From Octopus sinensis (taxonomy: Eukaryota): 64,000 nt of DNA. A program made the position numbers and the translations under genes. The stretch is taken from NCBI RefSeq assembly GCF_006345805.1, contig NC_043015.1, positions 34,348,001 through 34,412,000 on the forward strand, in the 5' to 3' direction. Shown piece after piece: positions 28,063 through 41,826 of the stretch (position 1 is its first letter; each line of letters starts with the position of its first letter). The notes under the pieces were generated by a model that did not search any database, was not told where the DNA came from, and saw only the letters and a list, made by a program, of their open reading frames with translations.

Positions 28063-29926
28063 GAACCAAACCATCTTTCCATGGTTCCAGTTCCTTTCCA
28101 TGGTCAGACTCTCTCCAATGCAGCATCTTCCCATTTGCTGCATTTCTTTGTCATCATCTTTTTTTTTTTTGTTAGATTCAATATCCTCAAACCAGCTTTT
28201 ACCATTCCTGCCCGTCCCTCAGTCTCCAACTTCCACAGTTTTCTTCTGTTTGGATCTCCTAGTGTGTTGCCTTTTTACTTAAATGCCATCATTCATACAT
28301 AAATATTGCCCATACCCTATTGCCCATAGGTGTCTCTCTTGCCCATTGACATTTGATCCCTCTTATACCTAAGGTCGCTCTGGCAGTTTCTCTTTTGCCA
28401 TGCTGCTCATGCTGTCAAACATTACAAATCCAATGCAACATGCTTGCTCTCTTTCTCTCCATCCTATGCACATACTCTGCATTTAGTTTTGACATCTCAT
28501 CATTATGCAGCACTGTACTTCATACACATGCATCATACTGTCAACCCTCAGCTCAAAGAGAGAATCTCTATTTCATCCAGTCCTGGAAATTGCACTTTGT
28601 TCCTATTCTAATTGCTATGCTTCCAGAGAACTCTGCTCCTCTACTGATTAGGTTACACAGGGAACTAAAACTGTCATCTAAATGTTTCCCTTGTTCCTAT
28701 TAGCATTGAGGCATGGATATCCATAATAAACGATTTGCATAAAATCCTAGAAGTGCTGAAATTCTTCAAGAAAGAAGAAAACAAACAGAATTGCGCCCTC
28801 CAAATATGGTTAATATGTAAAAATACAGTAAAAATTTGTGAAACATTCCAAGGATTTTTGATTTGAGTTCCCTGGAATGAACATACGTACACAATTGCAT
28901 TTACACACAAATAAAGAGCAGTGAAACACATCTGTTCACTAAAGTAACAGGTGCACTCATTGCATGAATGCAAGTATATCCTCATATATAATTCATTTGC
29001 ATACTTGCAAATTCCAGGAACTGTCTTAACACAAAGAAAAGAGCCTTATCTCCTTGTTAGTGACCAGCTTGAATACTGTGAATCTAAAGGTAAAACAAAA
29101 ACCTATAATAGTTATCCATAACTTTAAGCAGCTTTATCTATTAAGAAAAGCCATGGAAATGCCTTTACTTCACCATAACCCTTGTAAGAACTTGCGATTA
29201 TTGTTGTAAGTTAAAATGTATTTCTTGGATCCAACACTCAACATTTCATAGTTTAAAGGTTGCTATTATTCAGAGCCATTTTCTTTGAGAAAAACAAGAT
29301 TTACTGTAAACCTCTTTAAAGGTTCCATAAATGAACTCTGTGACACAATATATCTTTTACGGCTTAAAATGACATTTTTTAAAAGCTGTACAAAGTGGTG
29401 CAGCCTATCTTAGCATTGTTTCTCTCTGCTATCTTTATAGAAACTTTCAGTTAATCTTCATATTGAAGACAACAAAACAGATTTGCAGCTGAAATACCAA
29501 AGTCGTAAATATCAAAAGTTAGGAAAATAGCAGCCCCCCCCTCTCTCCTTCTCTCCTTCTCTCCTTCTTCTTCACTTATCCTTCCAAAATTTTCTTTCAC
29601 TTCTAACTGACAATCCAACAGTATTTCTCAAGTTAAACCACAAATTATCTTTTCCACATAAATATTGAAACATCCTTGTCATTTTATCATTCAAACTGGC
29701 CATTCTATGTCTTTTATGTTCAAACTTGCCAGATCCAGCCTCTTGCACCTACACTACAATGTTATTCTAAAAATAAACAATCACATCATCAAAGTTTCAA
29801 AGCTACGAGATAATGCCGGATTAATTCAAAGCAACATGGATAAATAAGCACATTTGACAGAATGAGATGAATGTTAAAGGGTTAAACTGGTCCCTATTTA
29901 TTAATTTCCCGATTTCTTGATGATAG

Positions 29927-29927
<1 letters not shown>

Positions 29928-29958
<31 letters not shown>

Positions 29959-29971
29959 ACATCATCATCAA

Positions 29972-30023
<52 letters not shown>

Positions 30024-30375
30024 GTTTAACGTCCACTTTCTATGCTAGTATGGGTTGGACGATTTAACTGAAGTCTGGCGAACCAGATGGCTGCACCAGA
30101 CTCCAATCTGATCTGGCAGAGTTTCTACAGCTGGATGCCCTTCCTAAAACCAGCCACTCCAAGAGTGTAGTGGGTGCTTCTATGTGCCACCAGCACAAGG
30201 GCCAGTCAGGCAGTACTGGCAATGGCCATGCTCAAATGGTGCTTTTTATGTGCCACCTGTACAGAAGCCAGTCCAGTGGCACTGGCAACGGCTCACTCGA
30301 ATGTTTTTTCATGTGCCACCAGCACAAGTGCCAGTAAGGCGTCGCAGGTAATGACCACGCTCGAATGGTGCTTGC
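29928..30375 (-). mobile_element. RTE-family 3' UTR with long (GAT)n tail and three ~65-bp internal repeats
   Basis: (atc)n-gtttaacgtccac...ggatgcccttcc, then atgtgccacc..cac..gccagt..ggcactggcaa..gctcgaatg three times. Confidence 0.7.
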
Positions 30376-32097
30376 TATTAATTGTATAGTTTGGGAGATA
30401 GTGGTGGTAGATCTGCATATCACACCCTTCATATTGCAATGGACTAATGGGAATGTTCTTATGTTGACAGTTGACCTGCTGTAGACAACAGTAAAGTTTC
30501 CTTCAATACACTTTGTCTGATTGGAAACAGACATGAATCCAGGTGTGTGTTACTGCATTCATTCTCTTTCTTCTTTTTTTTTACCTATTATTCCTTGCAA
30601 CTGAGTAGTTGTTGTTTAAGCTACTCACAGCTGGTTATAACACCAAAAGAAGCTTACAATCTGGTCTCCAGATTCAGAAGAAGATGACAGACTTACCCTG
30701 TTTGATACCATCAGTCATCATCATAGTTACTATAGCTACACTCCTGGTAAGACAGCCACTTAAGATATTCATTGATCAGCCTCTCTTTCTTTTCCATTTA
30801 CACACTGTTTCATTCCTTGCGCAGGACATTCCAGTCTGGAGAATACCATATTTTCTCAAAAGTCCATCTTATTCTTTTTAGGTAAAACAGACTATTTTGT
30901 AAAACAAAACTTAAGATCATTTATTTGTTCACCCTCTTGCTTGATCTTGCCTCATTATGAGCTCTCATTATGAGCTGTCATTAGCTTCGTTTAGTGATGA
31001 GATTCCTCACTCATATCTTTATCCTTCAATACCTTCATAAAACTAATAGACAGTCCAAGAGTAATTTTCAGACATTGCCAGGTAACGAAGCACATGTGGC
31101 TCTCAAGCCTTGTTCTTGAACTAGAAGCCACTGTAACAGAGGTAGAGAAAGCAGACAGAAAAGACAGTTCATGTGTTGACCAAAGGCTGGAGTGTGATGG
31201 TCAATGACTTCACACTTATATATTCTGTAGCCCTTCTTTGGTTGTAGTCTAGGATATCTGTGGGTGTATAGCAGCAGCACCGACCCAGATGATGTGGCAC
31301 TATTCCATTGTATGTCTCTGCAGAGCTTTGTAAAAGGTCAGCAGTTGTTGGGGGCTGTAGTATTCTCTACTTCTTAAGAGGAAAGTCAATTTTTGAAATG
31401 CAGACCTTTTTATATTAAGGACATAACCATTTCTAATTTATTTATTCATCTCTACAAGTAACTAATTCTTTTGTTTCTTTAACAAATGATTCTCACTAAA
31501 TCAATAAAAATCACCTCTTTATCGTGGTGAAAATAACCACTTCACTTTTGTGAACTCATGTTATTACTATTGGACAAAAAAGACCATCAATTTTCAAAGA
31601 TTTTTGCTTTTTCACTTTAATGAAAGGTAAAGCTGACCCTACAAATGTCATGGAGATATTAATGGATATTTCACTGCTCTGCCTACTTCTGACAACATCA
31701 TCCATGATATTATAATATATATAATTCTCATATATATTAAATTCATCTAAAAGTTGAAAGCAACTAAATATTTTCAAAGCCATTATTTTCTGAATCATTT
31801 TTTGTAATTCAAGCTTCAAATATTTCCATTTATCAATGTTGTTGTGCATTGTATTGTTGTCCAATTTATCGTTCTTCATGTTGTTCTTGTTGTTGATTGG
31901 TTGTTGATGACATTATTGTTGTTCCTGCAGATGTTTGGATTGTTATTACATGTCAGCTATTAATGAATGAGATTGTTCAAGCAGCTTTGTTGCACATTGA
32001 GTTAGCAATATTCAAATGCACATGGCTGACATTGTGGCCACCACTGCACAGATCTGTCGCAGATGTGTCTATCGTTGTATACATCTGTTAATGTCCT

Positions 32098-33287
32098 CGG
32101 TTGAGTCAAAGGATTTTTTTCCATATTTCAAGCTTTAATTAGTAATTCAAACAAAATACATGCAAAAAGTGTTTATTCATCAAACTACATCCAAGCATAT
32201 TCCATTGTCTGATATCATCGATGTGCCAGGAGCTCAGTTCCACACTCGTAGCATTTGGCTGGTTTAGAGGCAAAAATTTCCCTGCACCTTTTTTCAACCT
32301 CATCCACATTGTTGAACCTCTATCCACACAAGAAATGAGCCATGGCTCAGAAAAGGTTGTAATCTGTTGGTGCAAGATCTGGTCAGTTGGCAGGGTGAGA
32401 TTGCAATTCCAGCTCACCAAGTTCCGTTAGTTTGCACTTGGTCACAATGGCAGTGTGTGCTGGGGCACTGTAATGCTATCGGAGTCTGCATCTTTGATTT
32501 ACCAATATGGGTAGTGGGCCTCCAAAGCATCGTATACTTGCTTCAGTCGTGCATAAAGGTCAGCATTCACAGCATGACTATCTGGGACAAGCTTAATGTG
32601 CAACAACCCCTCAAAATTCCACCAAACACACAATATGACCTTTTGTTTGAAAACAGGTTCTGAAGCCTGGTAAGAATGAAGCTACTGATTTCTTTTATTA
32701 AGATTATAAAAATAGATTCATTTTTCATCCACAGTTACAATTTGATACCAAAAATGGGCATCTTGAGGATTTTCCAGCAGTTGCTTGTGCTTGGCTGTTG
32801 TTCAACCATTTCAAGCAAGTCTTCATCAGAAGGTCTTCTTCACCTTGGTTTGTCTTCAAGGTTGGTGTCATCTTCTTTGAAACATCTGAACCAGATTTTT
32901 GTTGACAGTTCCTGGGCCTCCCACATCATTAATTTTGCTCTCAATCCTCCACATGTAGCATAAAATGGCAGTAATTGCAATTTTTTCACCACTCATTTCA
33001 CCGGTGTGTTTATGTCCCCGTAACTTAGCAGTTCGGCAAAAGAGACTGATAGAATAAGTACTAGGCTTACAAAGAATAAGTGCTGGGATCGATTTACTCG
33101 ACTAAAGCGGTGCTCCAGCATGGCCACAGTCAAATGACTGAAACAAGTAAAAAAGTAAAAGAATAGAAATGAAGAATGACCGATTCAGCTACAACTGGAC
33201 AAAATGTCTCAAATGAATGATGTAAGAAGGAGATACAAGTTGGCAAAAATTATCAGCAAAAATCTGAAAAAACTTTTGACTCAGCAC
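32098..33287 (-). mobile_element. Decayed mariner element with both TIR remnants and a nested SINE
   Basis: FWYQIVTVDEK, HYSAPAHTA and HPAN*PDLAPTDYNLF are remnants of the mariner catalytic motifs. gttgagtcaaaggattttttt at ~32100 is inverted relative to aaaaaacttttgactcagc at ~33270. Confidence 0.8.
32996..33160 (+). mobile_element. SINE 3' half inserted in the mariner
   Basis: ggtgtgtttatgtccccgtaacttagc...ggtgctccagcatggccacagtcaaatgactgaaacaagtaaaa is the reverse complement of 13410-13560. Confidence 0.8.
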
Positions 33288-33480
33288 TCCACCTGTCTGT
33301 TGCAGTGTCTACCAATGCACTCATCTGGTGCTGTTTGTGTCTACCAATGCACTCATCTGTTGCTGTGTCTACCAATGCACTCATCTGTTGCTATCTACCA
33401 CTGCACACATCTGTTGGCATATGTCTACCACAGCACTCATCTGTTGCTGTATGCTTCTACCACAGCACATGTCTGTTACT
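33285..33480. repeat. Degenerate ~28-bp tandem repeat (cactcatctgttgctgtgtctaccaatg), ~7 copies
   Basis: Direct reading. Confidence 0.8.
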
Positions 33481-34452
33481 ATAGAATATTTTTCACTATA
33501 TTCCATTCTCATCTTGCATATTCATCTAACTGTAGCCCAAACCTAACAGAGCAGAAATTTACCCTAAAAGGCATTCTGCCCTTTACCAACCTGTCTTTTT
33601 CTTGGACGTAGCATATTTAAGATTATATTATCCAATGTGCCCCATCCATTTTTTTAAGACATTAGTCCCACTTGACAGATATTTTAAGCAGGTTAAATGG
33701 TCATGTATTGGTCAGTTTGTTTTATCTGAGTTGAATAATGAAATGTGAGTAGACAAGAGGGAGGTGGGTCTGTGACTGCAAACATTTGTGTCGTGAGTGC
33801 ACTGAGGAATGAAGTAGTTGATCATTGTATGAAGGAGGAACAAAGAAGTCTATACGGAGTCTTGAGTGGAAGGGATGGAGCTTTGTGTTGTAGTAACAGT
33901 GATGTGTAGCACCACTTGTGCATTCGGTAGCAGAGGTAATGTGTTGAATAGCAATGGTAGTGTGTGGCTGTGCAGCAGTAATGATGAGCTGTGGAACAAT
34001 GATGATGTGCTCTGGCATAATTGTGACCACCAAATTTTTTTTTAATTAGTCATGATTGTCATTAGACAAATGACAATTAAAATAAGATGACTTATAAGAT
34101 GTCATATGGAATGGAAATATTTTGATACTGTTTCTTGCTGTCGTTGTTTAAACTCAGGTGAATCTTAATTTAACACTTCTATAATCAAAGTTCTCCACTT
34201 GGGACCATCTTTTCATTTTGAGGGTAACAAAAGCTACTTTGTCTTATGAATTTTTGATGGTGCTTGTGGTGGTGGTGGTGGTGGTGGTAATAATAGTAAT
34301 GGTGGTGGCAGTGGTGGTAGTAGTGATTGCAGCAGTGATAGGAGCAAATACTTTTGGAAGTGGTGGTGGTGATGGTGGTGGTGGTGGTGGTGTTGATGGT
34401 GGAGGTGTTGATGGTGGTGGTGGTTTTGGTGGTGGTGGTGGAGGCGGCAGCG

Positions 34453-34486
<34 letters not shown>

Positions 34487-34492
34487 TAGTAC

Positions 34493-34528
<36 letters not shown>

Positions 34529-34889
34529 AAAAATTATGGCCGTCGTTGTAGCAGTAGTAGTAGTGGTGATAGTGGTAGCAGTGATGGCTGTATGGATGGT
34601 AATGTTAATGATGGTTATCGTGGTTGTGGCAGTAGTTGTTTTAGTGGTTGTAATGGTGGTGTTGTTAGTGATGTTAGAATTTGTTACATTTATGTCTATT
34701 TTAGGAGAAAAAAACTATTTCACTGCAAAAACCTGTTGCTGTAAATATTGAAATATTTTCAATGGTTTCTTGTCCTGAAGTTAAAAACATTTAGATTAAT
34801 GTTTCCATATAGAGTTGACCAAATCTTACACAAATAATATACTTCTGTTCATTACAATATGCAAATACTCTAAGTAAACAAATACATAC

Positions 34890-34996
<107 letters not shown>

Positions 34997-35011
34997 TACA
35001 CACACATATAT

Positions 35012-35052
<41 letters not shown>

Positions 35053-35459
35053 TATACAGAGAGAGAGAGAGAGAGAGATAGAGATGGATAGATAGATATA
35101 GATATGTACATACAAACATACATCCATACTCATACACACACACAACATGCACACTCACATAGAGAGAGAGAGACAGACAGAGATATACATATACATACAT
35201 ATTATTCTTTTACTTATTTGAGTCATTTGACTGTGGCCATGCTGGAGCACCGTCTTGACAGATTTTAGTCACAAAAACCAACCCTAGGACTTAATATTTT
35301 AAAGCCTACTACTTATCACTCTTTAGCTAAACCACTAAGTTACGGGGATGTAAACTCACCAACACCAGTTGTTAAGTGGTGATGAGGGGACAAACACAGA
35401 CACAAAGACACACACACAGATTAATACACACATACACACACACACACACACGCATATAT

Positions 35460-36262
35460 ATGCCTTTGGCAGTAATTACAGCTTGAATTCTATGAGGTAT
35501 GGACTTGTACAAAGTTTGAATTCTTTCCAAAGGAATTTTTGTCCATTCTTCAGCTAAAACAGTCTCCAGTTCTTGTAGTGATGATGGTGAAGGATATCGA
35601 CTCCTTACTTGTTTTTCTAAAGTGCACCATAAATGTTCAATAAAGTAAAGGATGACTAGTCTGAGAAAATAACATTCTTCTACTGCTCTAGGGACCAATT
35701 CTGTGGGTTTTTACTCTACTCTAAATGCTTTGCAACATTTGTTTGTGAAAGTAGTGGTTTTCTGATTGCAGTCCTCCCATGAAATCTAGCTTTGTGCACA
35801 GTGAACAGTTTTTGTGGAAACTGAGTTAAGGTGGTCATTAAGCTCTGCAGTAATTTTGGAAGCTGTACTGATGGTCCCTATCAGAAAGTTTTGGTTTTCT
35901 TCTGGAGTTTTGCTTTGACGAGGAGGTTTTTTCCCTCTTTCTCAAAGGCTGTCATTACTTTCTAGACAGTACTTCTTGATACACCAAACATTTTGGTTGT
36001 TTTTGTTATGCTAGCACCTGCCATACGAGCACCAACAATTTGACCTCTTTCAAAGTCCAATAGATCTGTCATTTTAATGAATCTTAATTACCTTTTTCTG
36101 ATGTTATCTGATAAGAAACAACAATTTTAGCAAAACATATTAAGCAATACAAATAATAAATAAAAAAAATATAAAAATAAACAAGCTTCTGGCAGTTTTA
36201 TAGATATTTTAAAATTATGATTCTATGATGCTAGGTGTTTCCATTATTTTGTCCAACTCCTG
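35460..36262 (-). mobile_element. Internally deleted Tc1-like element
   Basis: Terminus TA-caggagttggacaaaataatggaaacacc. N-terminus MTDLLDFERGQIVGARMAGAS; C-terminus IEHLWCTLEKQVRSRYPSPSSLQELETVLAEEW...RIQAVITAKG. Confidence 0.9.
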
Positions 36263-36270
36263 TATGTATG

Positions 36271-36308
<38 letters not shown>

Positions 36309-36310
<2 letters not shown>

Positions 36311-36575
36311 ATTGCAGCGTGGAAGGTGTTTGTAAGCCATTTAAGAAACACACAAAAGCCATTCGATTCACTTCAACATTTAAGTTTAATTTGTCAAAAT
36401 ATTTTCGCCGCTAAAATCCGCGACCTGTTCACTGACAAAACTTAAAAGTTGAAGTGAATCAAACAGCTTTTGTGTGTTTCTTAAATGGCTTACAAATACC
36501 TTCCATGCTGCAATTGTTTTTGTTTCATCACACGATCTCAGATCAAATCACTTGCTATGCGAGTACATCTCCATA
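36309..36575. mobile_element. (TA)n-flanked element with ~79-bp inverted arms (Penelope pLTR-like)
   Basis: 36309-36387 is the near reverse complement of 36438-36516. The loop holds a hammerhead motif and (TA)n lies on both sides. Confidence 0.65.
36390..36439 (-). ncRNA. Type I hammerhead ribozyme, G3:C8 core variant
   Basis: Minus strand: tttgtca-GTGAACA-g-gtcgc(ggatttta)gcggc-GAA-AATATT-T-tgacaaa. Stem I is 7 bp, stem II 5 bp, and stem III is palindromic. Confidence 0.65.
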
Positions 36576-38140
36576 ATATATATATATATATATATATATA
36601 TACTGAAAATTACTTTCCAAAACTGAAAACAGCCACATTCAAAGAAAAGCTCTGTGTAATATTTTATATGATTCCTGCAAACTTATTGTCAACAGAAATG
36701 GTTTTGTTTCATATATTCTCATCTTTTTGACTTATGGGAAGTGAAAAAAGTAATATTATATAAAGCATAAAAGTATATATATACATGTATATATTTTTTA
36801 ATCCTAAAATGCATCTGGCTTGCTGGTATTTTTCAGAAATCATATATACTCTTTAAATTGCTTTATTCTATATGTATGTGTTGAGGGCATGCATGTGTGT
36901 GTGTGCATGTGTGTGCACATGCATAAGTGTGTATGTATATTTATGTATGTTTATATATGTGTGTGTATATATATGAATTTGTGTCTGTTTTTATATATAT
37001 GTGTGTGTGTGTATGCATACACACATGCACACATATGCATGTGCACAGACACCGGACATGCGCATGTATATATGCATATATATATATATGTATCAATATG
37101 TGTGCATGCGAGTCTGTCTGTATGTGTGTTGACTTTTATATTGAAACGTGCTAATATTTCCTTTATAAAACTTGTCAAAATTGTTCCATTTGAGTAATTC
37201 AGATATATTTAATAGAAGTACTAAAATTTGATAATATTAACAATCTTATAAATATTTCCATATATAAGTATTTTCTGTTTATGGAAATATCTCTGTAGTA
37301 AATTCATGTATATGTAACTGTACATATGCACACGTTTATCTATATGTCTATATCAATAACATGCTTTGAGCAGTCATGTTAGGAAAATTTTCAACAGAAG
37401 GCTTATCAATATAAGACAATATATAACAATATTTTGACAGCATCAGTTAACATGCATGCATATATATACATACATACATACATACATATGTCGATATTAC
37501 ATACATACACATGTACTCATACATACATGATGGCTGCTTCCTCATTCTTGTGTATAGGATGACAATGCTGGTGAGTGAAGCGATGCCTGTGCATGGTGCT
37601 TTTTAAAGTAAGGAGAGGTCTTGCATACAATTAATCCCACTCTCTGATGAAAAACACCCCAAAACGAACAACGCAACATCATTGGCTGCCATCAAGTCAC
37701 AGGTTTTACATCAGAGTTTTCTTTGCCCTAAAACAATGTCCAGACAAGTTATGGGGGTTACTTCAATCCAGTAATGTGGCACACCATGCCTACATTCCCA
37801 TTCTGATGGTTCTCTACTGACTGACCCTGTTGTGCCGGTCTACTGTTGAAAATAATGTCAGTCCTCTGCACAGTCACCGTGTTTTCTGCACCAAAGTCAT
37901 CAGTGTGTCCATGGTTGCTGCAGGACCTAGCACTGTCCATGAGAAATAGCAGGACCAAACTTGTGTGCACGGTATTGGCTGGCTGCTGACTTTAATGAGT
38001 TTATCCTTCCTTTGACAGGTTTTATTTTTCATCCTGCAGCGTACCCAGTCACCCTCCTCACTGGGTAAGCTTAGTGCGGTTGCTAGTTTAGTCACTGGTG
38101 ATCCAGCAGGTTGTACTGGATTACATGTTGTAATCCAGTA

Positions 38141-38276
38141 CAGTGGAAAACACATCTGGAGCAATGCATTGCTTCAAATGGAGAATACTTTGAAGGCGAT
38201 AAAAGTGCAAACATGTAAAACTAAGTGAATAAAATAACATTGCAAAATTACGGCTTATTTGGGGTAACCCCTAGTA
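38141..38276 (+). mobile_element. Mariner 3' end with TIR
   Basis: QWKTHLEQCIASNGEYFEGD, then ...ttatttggggtaacccctag-TA. Confidence 0.7.
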
Positions 38277-38349
38277 TGTATATGTATATGTATATATGTA
38301 TATATGTATATATGTATATATGTATATATGTATATATGTATATATGATG

Positions 38350-38640
38350 GACTTTCCTGTCGAAGGTGACATATGAGTGTCCACTTTAGCCAAACAACTT
38401 ACACAAATGATTTGCTTTTGGCAACCAAATGTATGTGCTCTATGTCAGCTCACTCCATAAAATTGACATTACCTGAACAGGTGCATGGTGTACTACACGT
38501 CAGGTGTCAAAATGATTGCAGAGCAATCTGAGATGAAGTGTCTTGCTCAACAACACAATGCACCACCCGGTCTAGGAATTGAAACCATAATTTCACGATC
38601 GTGAGTGCAACACCCTAACCACTAGGCCATGCATCCTCAT
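38350..38640 (-). mobile_element. tRNA-derived SINE (second family)
   Basis: Minus-strand head tggcctagtggttagggtg...ggtttcaattcc (A and B boxes), followed by ttgagcaagacacttc. Confidence 0.75.
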
Positions 38641-39519
38641 ATACATACATGCATACATGCACACACACACACACATATATATATTATACATATGCACATG
38701 TATATGTCATCATCATCATCATCATGTATATATGTTGTACATGTAGTTATTGTAAATCCCTGCTCTTTCCTCTTGAAGCAAATCTGTTTTTTTCTATTAT
38801 TACAATCCAATATGTAATCTCAGTGGCTGTTTTATGTTAGTTCAAAATATATATTGAGATCGAGAATTATGGAAATATTATTTGCAGAATTATTGTAGGT
38901 TAATAAATAACACCAAAAATTTCCAATTTCATGATCTGTTTTACACATACACACACACACACCACACACACACACATCATTCTCTCACCTTCAAACTGCT
39001 CTTTCTGTTATCATCTCATCCTAAGCCCAACTTCTTCTACAACCTCACTTTCCCCACTTCCTTACAGTAGAGTACATACTTCAGTCTTGTGAGTTACAAG
39101 GCAACCTCACTAATGTTGGTGCCACAGTATTATGTACCCAGTGCAGTTTGTGGAACCTATTTTTATTTTATCAACATGGGGACCAAGATGTAGTGGTGGT
39201 GGTGGTGGTCGTGGGTTTCAATACTTGAACCAATGAGAAAATATCTACATAGCAACTCAATTTACAAGAAATATTAGTCAAACTTCCCTCAAGTTACACA
39301 ATGCTATTTTTAAAAGAGAGTCATAAGATAAATTAATTCTAGATAGATCTGAAAAAAAAGATGGGTTGGTTATGACTGGATTGTCTTTGGTTCAGAGCCA
39401 AACAACAAGTGTTTGCCCAAAGAATCCAGTTCCTGCAGTAAACATGAACTGAAGAGTAAGACTTGATCTAAAACAGAAACAGTTCATTATTTAATAGTAA
39501 TTGAGATGTAAATTAACTA

Positions 39520-39740
39520 AGATGTTGGTTTCAAATTTTAGTACAAGGCCAGCAATCTTGGGGTGGGAGTAAGTCAATTATATTGACCCCTATACTCAAA
39601 TGATACTTATTTTATCAATGCTGAAAGGATGCAAAGCAAAGTCAACCCTGGTGGAATTTGAACTCAGAATGTAAAGACAGATTAAATGCCACTAAGTATT
39701 TGCCCGGTGTGCTAACGACTCTTCCAGCACTCATTGCCTT
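39520..39740 (-). mobile_element. tRNA-derived SINE (third family)
   Basis: Minus-strand head gagtgctggaagagtcgttagcacaccggg...ctgagttcaaattcc; related to 5606-5740 and 50320-50525. Confidence 0.7.
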
Positions 39741-40852
39741 ACAAATTAACTAAGATATTATAACCTCTAATTAAAGTAAATTATTTTAAAATATAATCTG
39801 TAATTTGATCACCCAGTCTATAATAGAGTAATTAAGCTAAATTATAGACTGAAGGTCAAACACAAAATATTCCTAATAAATTGAAATGACTGAAGAAATT
39901 CTCCTTTGCCATTTACACCTAATATAAGTCTCATTTTGGTATACTTACCTCCTCATTCGATCTATACCAACTGAGATCATCATCAACTGTTTACTAATTC
40001 TGTTTACTTCAATACATGAACTTATTCGGTCAGACTATTTTTCTGTTCCACATTCAAATCACAAATAATGATATTTTATGTAATTATTAATTTTTATTAA
40101 AGATTTTTATTGAATTTTCAGTTTCCTTTTGTATATCTAAATGGTTTTTTTTTGTCTTTTTTTTTTACTGTTTAATATTCCACTTCTTTCCATGGATTTA
40201 TTACAATCTGTTTGGTTTCCATCCAGTCTCTGTATAATTTGTCATTTTATTCTACGAATTACTTCCACTACAACCTAATGAACTGAGAAAAGACTTCAAC
40301 TGGAAGAATCAGTTCATTGCAAACAAGAACAGTCGTGGTTTTTTATTCTGAAATATCTTGAATTTCATTTTGATATTAGTGTTTTTATTTTTGTCCACCT
40401 CTTGGAGTTAGTTATTTTCACCAATGTGTCACATTTCCCCAACTAATGCATCTGCCAGTTTAACGAAGCCAGCTTTTGGCAAACTAATAAATCTAACATA
40501 TTGATAATGCATTATCAAGTGCAAACTGTTGTGCAACAGATGGCACCAACTGTCAAACAATGAAGATAAATGCCGTGCAGATTAAAATTCTGTTGTCTTA
40601 GTGGAAAACTTTTATTTTCCCTTTTATAGAAAAAAGGAGGTTTTAAATAAATCCCCCACTTTCTTTAATGGATGATACCTTGAGGGGAGAGATATATTTT
40701 ATTCTGCTGCCCCCACTCTCACTTTCTCTTTCAATTTATATATGTGTGTATGTGAGTGTGTATATGTATATATATCTATAGATAGAAAATTACATATATA
40801 TAAACACATAAATTCATGCACACAAACACACACAAACACACACGTATATATG

Positions 40853-40888
<36 letters not shown>

Positions 40889-41158
40889 ATGTATGCATGT
40901 ATAGTGGATTGTTCCATTAATCTCAATGTATGAAATGCCTAACACCCTTAAATAGTTGTTAGACTACCCACGCAGATGATTTGTGAAGGCTTGTGTCGGA
41001 CCATCCATATATTTTAGAAATGCTGACACCACAAAGTTTGTGCAAAAGTTCACCACAAACTCTATGAAGAAAATGCCTCTGCATTTTCTGTCAGAGTTCT
41101 CCATGAACTGAGTTAGATGTTTTCACCACAGCTGAATCCATTCCAACCTTGTAGGCTA

Positions 41159-41209
41159 GATTTGCACCTGGATTTGCACCTGGATTTGCACCTGGATTTG
41201 CACCTGGAT
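41159..41209. repeat. 12-bp tandem repeat (gatttgcacctg) x4
   Basis: Direct reading. Confidence 0.95.
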
Positions 41210-41326
41210 TCCAAACCAAAAACTTCCAAGTCTTCATGCATACATATCATGTAAATAACTTTTAACTTTTTTTGTTTTTTAAATTTAGATTTATATGCAA
41301 TTACATGCACAAAATCACACACATAC

Positions 41327-41379
<53 letters not shown>

Positions 41380-41380
<1 letters not shown>

Positions 41381-41517
41381 TGGGTCATCCCATAAATAAT
41401 GCATTTTTTTATATACTTCTTTTCTTTTTCAAAAGTCAGATAAATAAAGTTGTTTTTTAATCTGAAATATACTCTCATTCAGTTTCTACAATGCTCTTCC
41501 ATCTATCTGGTAGATTT
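41380..41517 (-). mobile_element. Mariner 3' terminal fragment
   Basis: TA-ttgggtcatcccataaataatgc terminus; minus strand reads NLPDRWKSIVETE*EYI. Confidence 0.6.
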
Positions 41518-41645
41518 GTGTATATATATATATATATATATAATATATATATGTATATATATATGTTATCCAGAGAAAATTCAGCAAACACCAGAATATA
41601 GGCAGGCAAGACAGATGAAAATTATATAAAAATCAAGAATTAATC

Positions 41646-41711
41646 GTATACCGGTTTCTTCTATTACCAAATAAATTACTTATGTAATCCTTCGTCAGTA
41701 GATTCATCAGT

Positions 41712-41713
<2 letters not shown>
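41646..41713 (-). ncRNA. Type I hammerhead ribozyme motif
   Basis: Minus strand: gta-CTGATGA-atcta...tagaa-GAA-ACCGGT-A-tac, with palindromic stem III and a GUA site. A second CTGACGA lies inside stem II. Confidence 0.55.
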
Positions 41714-41758
<45 letters not shown>

Positions 41759-41826
41759 TTGTGGTGGTAGTGGTGGTGTCGGTGGTGGTGCTGTTTGTGG
41801 CAGTGGTGGTGGTGGTGGTGGTGATG

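Noticed and set aside
31556-31879. 107-aa minus-strand ORF
   Set aside because: AT-rich with no recognisable domain or splice context.
34218-34751. 177-aa ORF resembling a Gly/Ser-rich membrane protein
   Set aside because: Built from (GGT)n, (GCA)n and (GTA)n trinucleotide runs.
39445-39490. CTGAAGA...GAAACAGTTC as a hammerhead
   Set aside because: Stem I cannot form in register; the pairing is a simple atgaactg/cagttcat hairpin.
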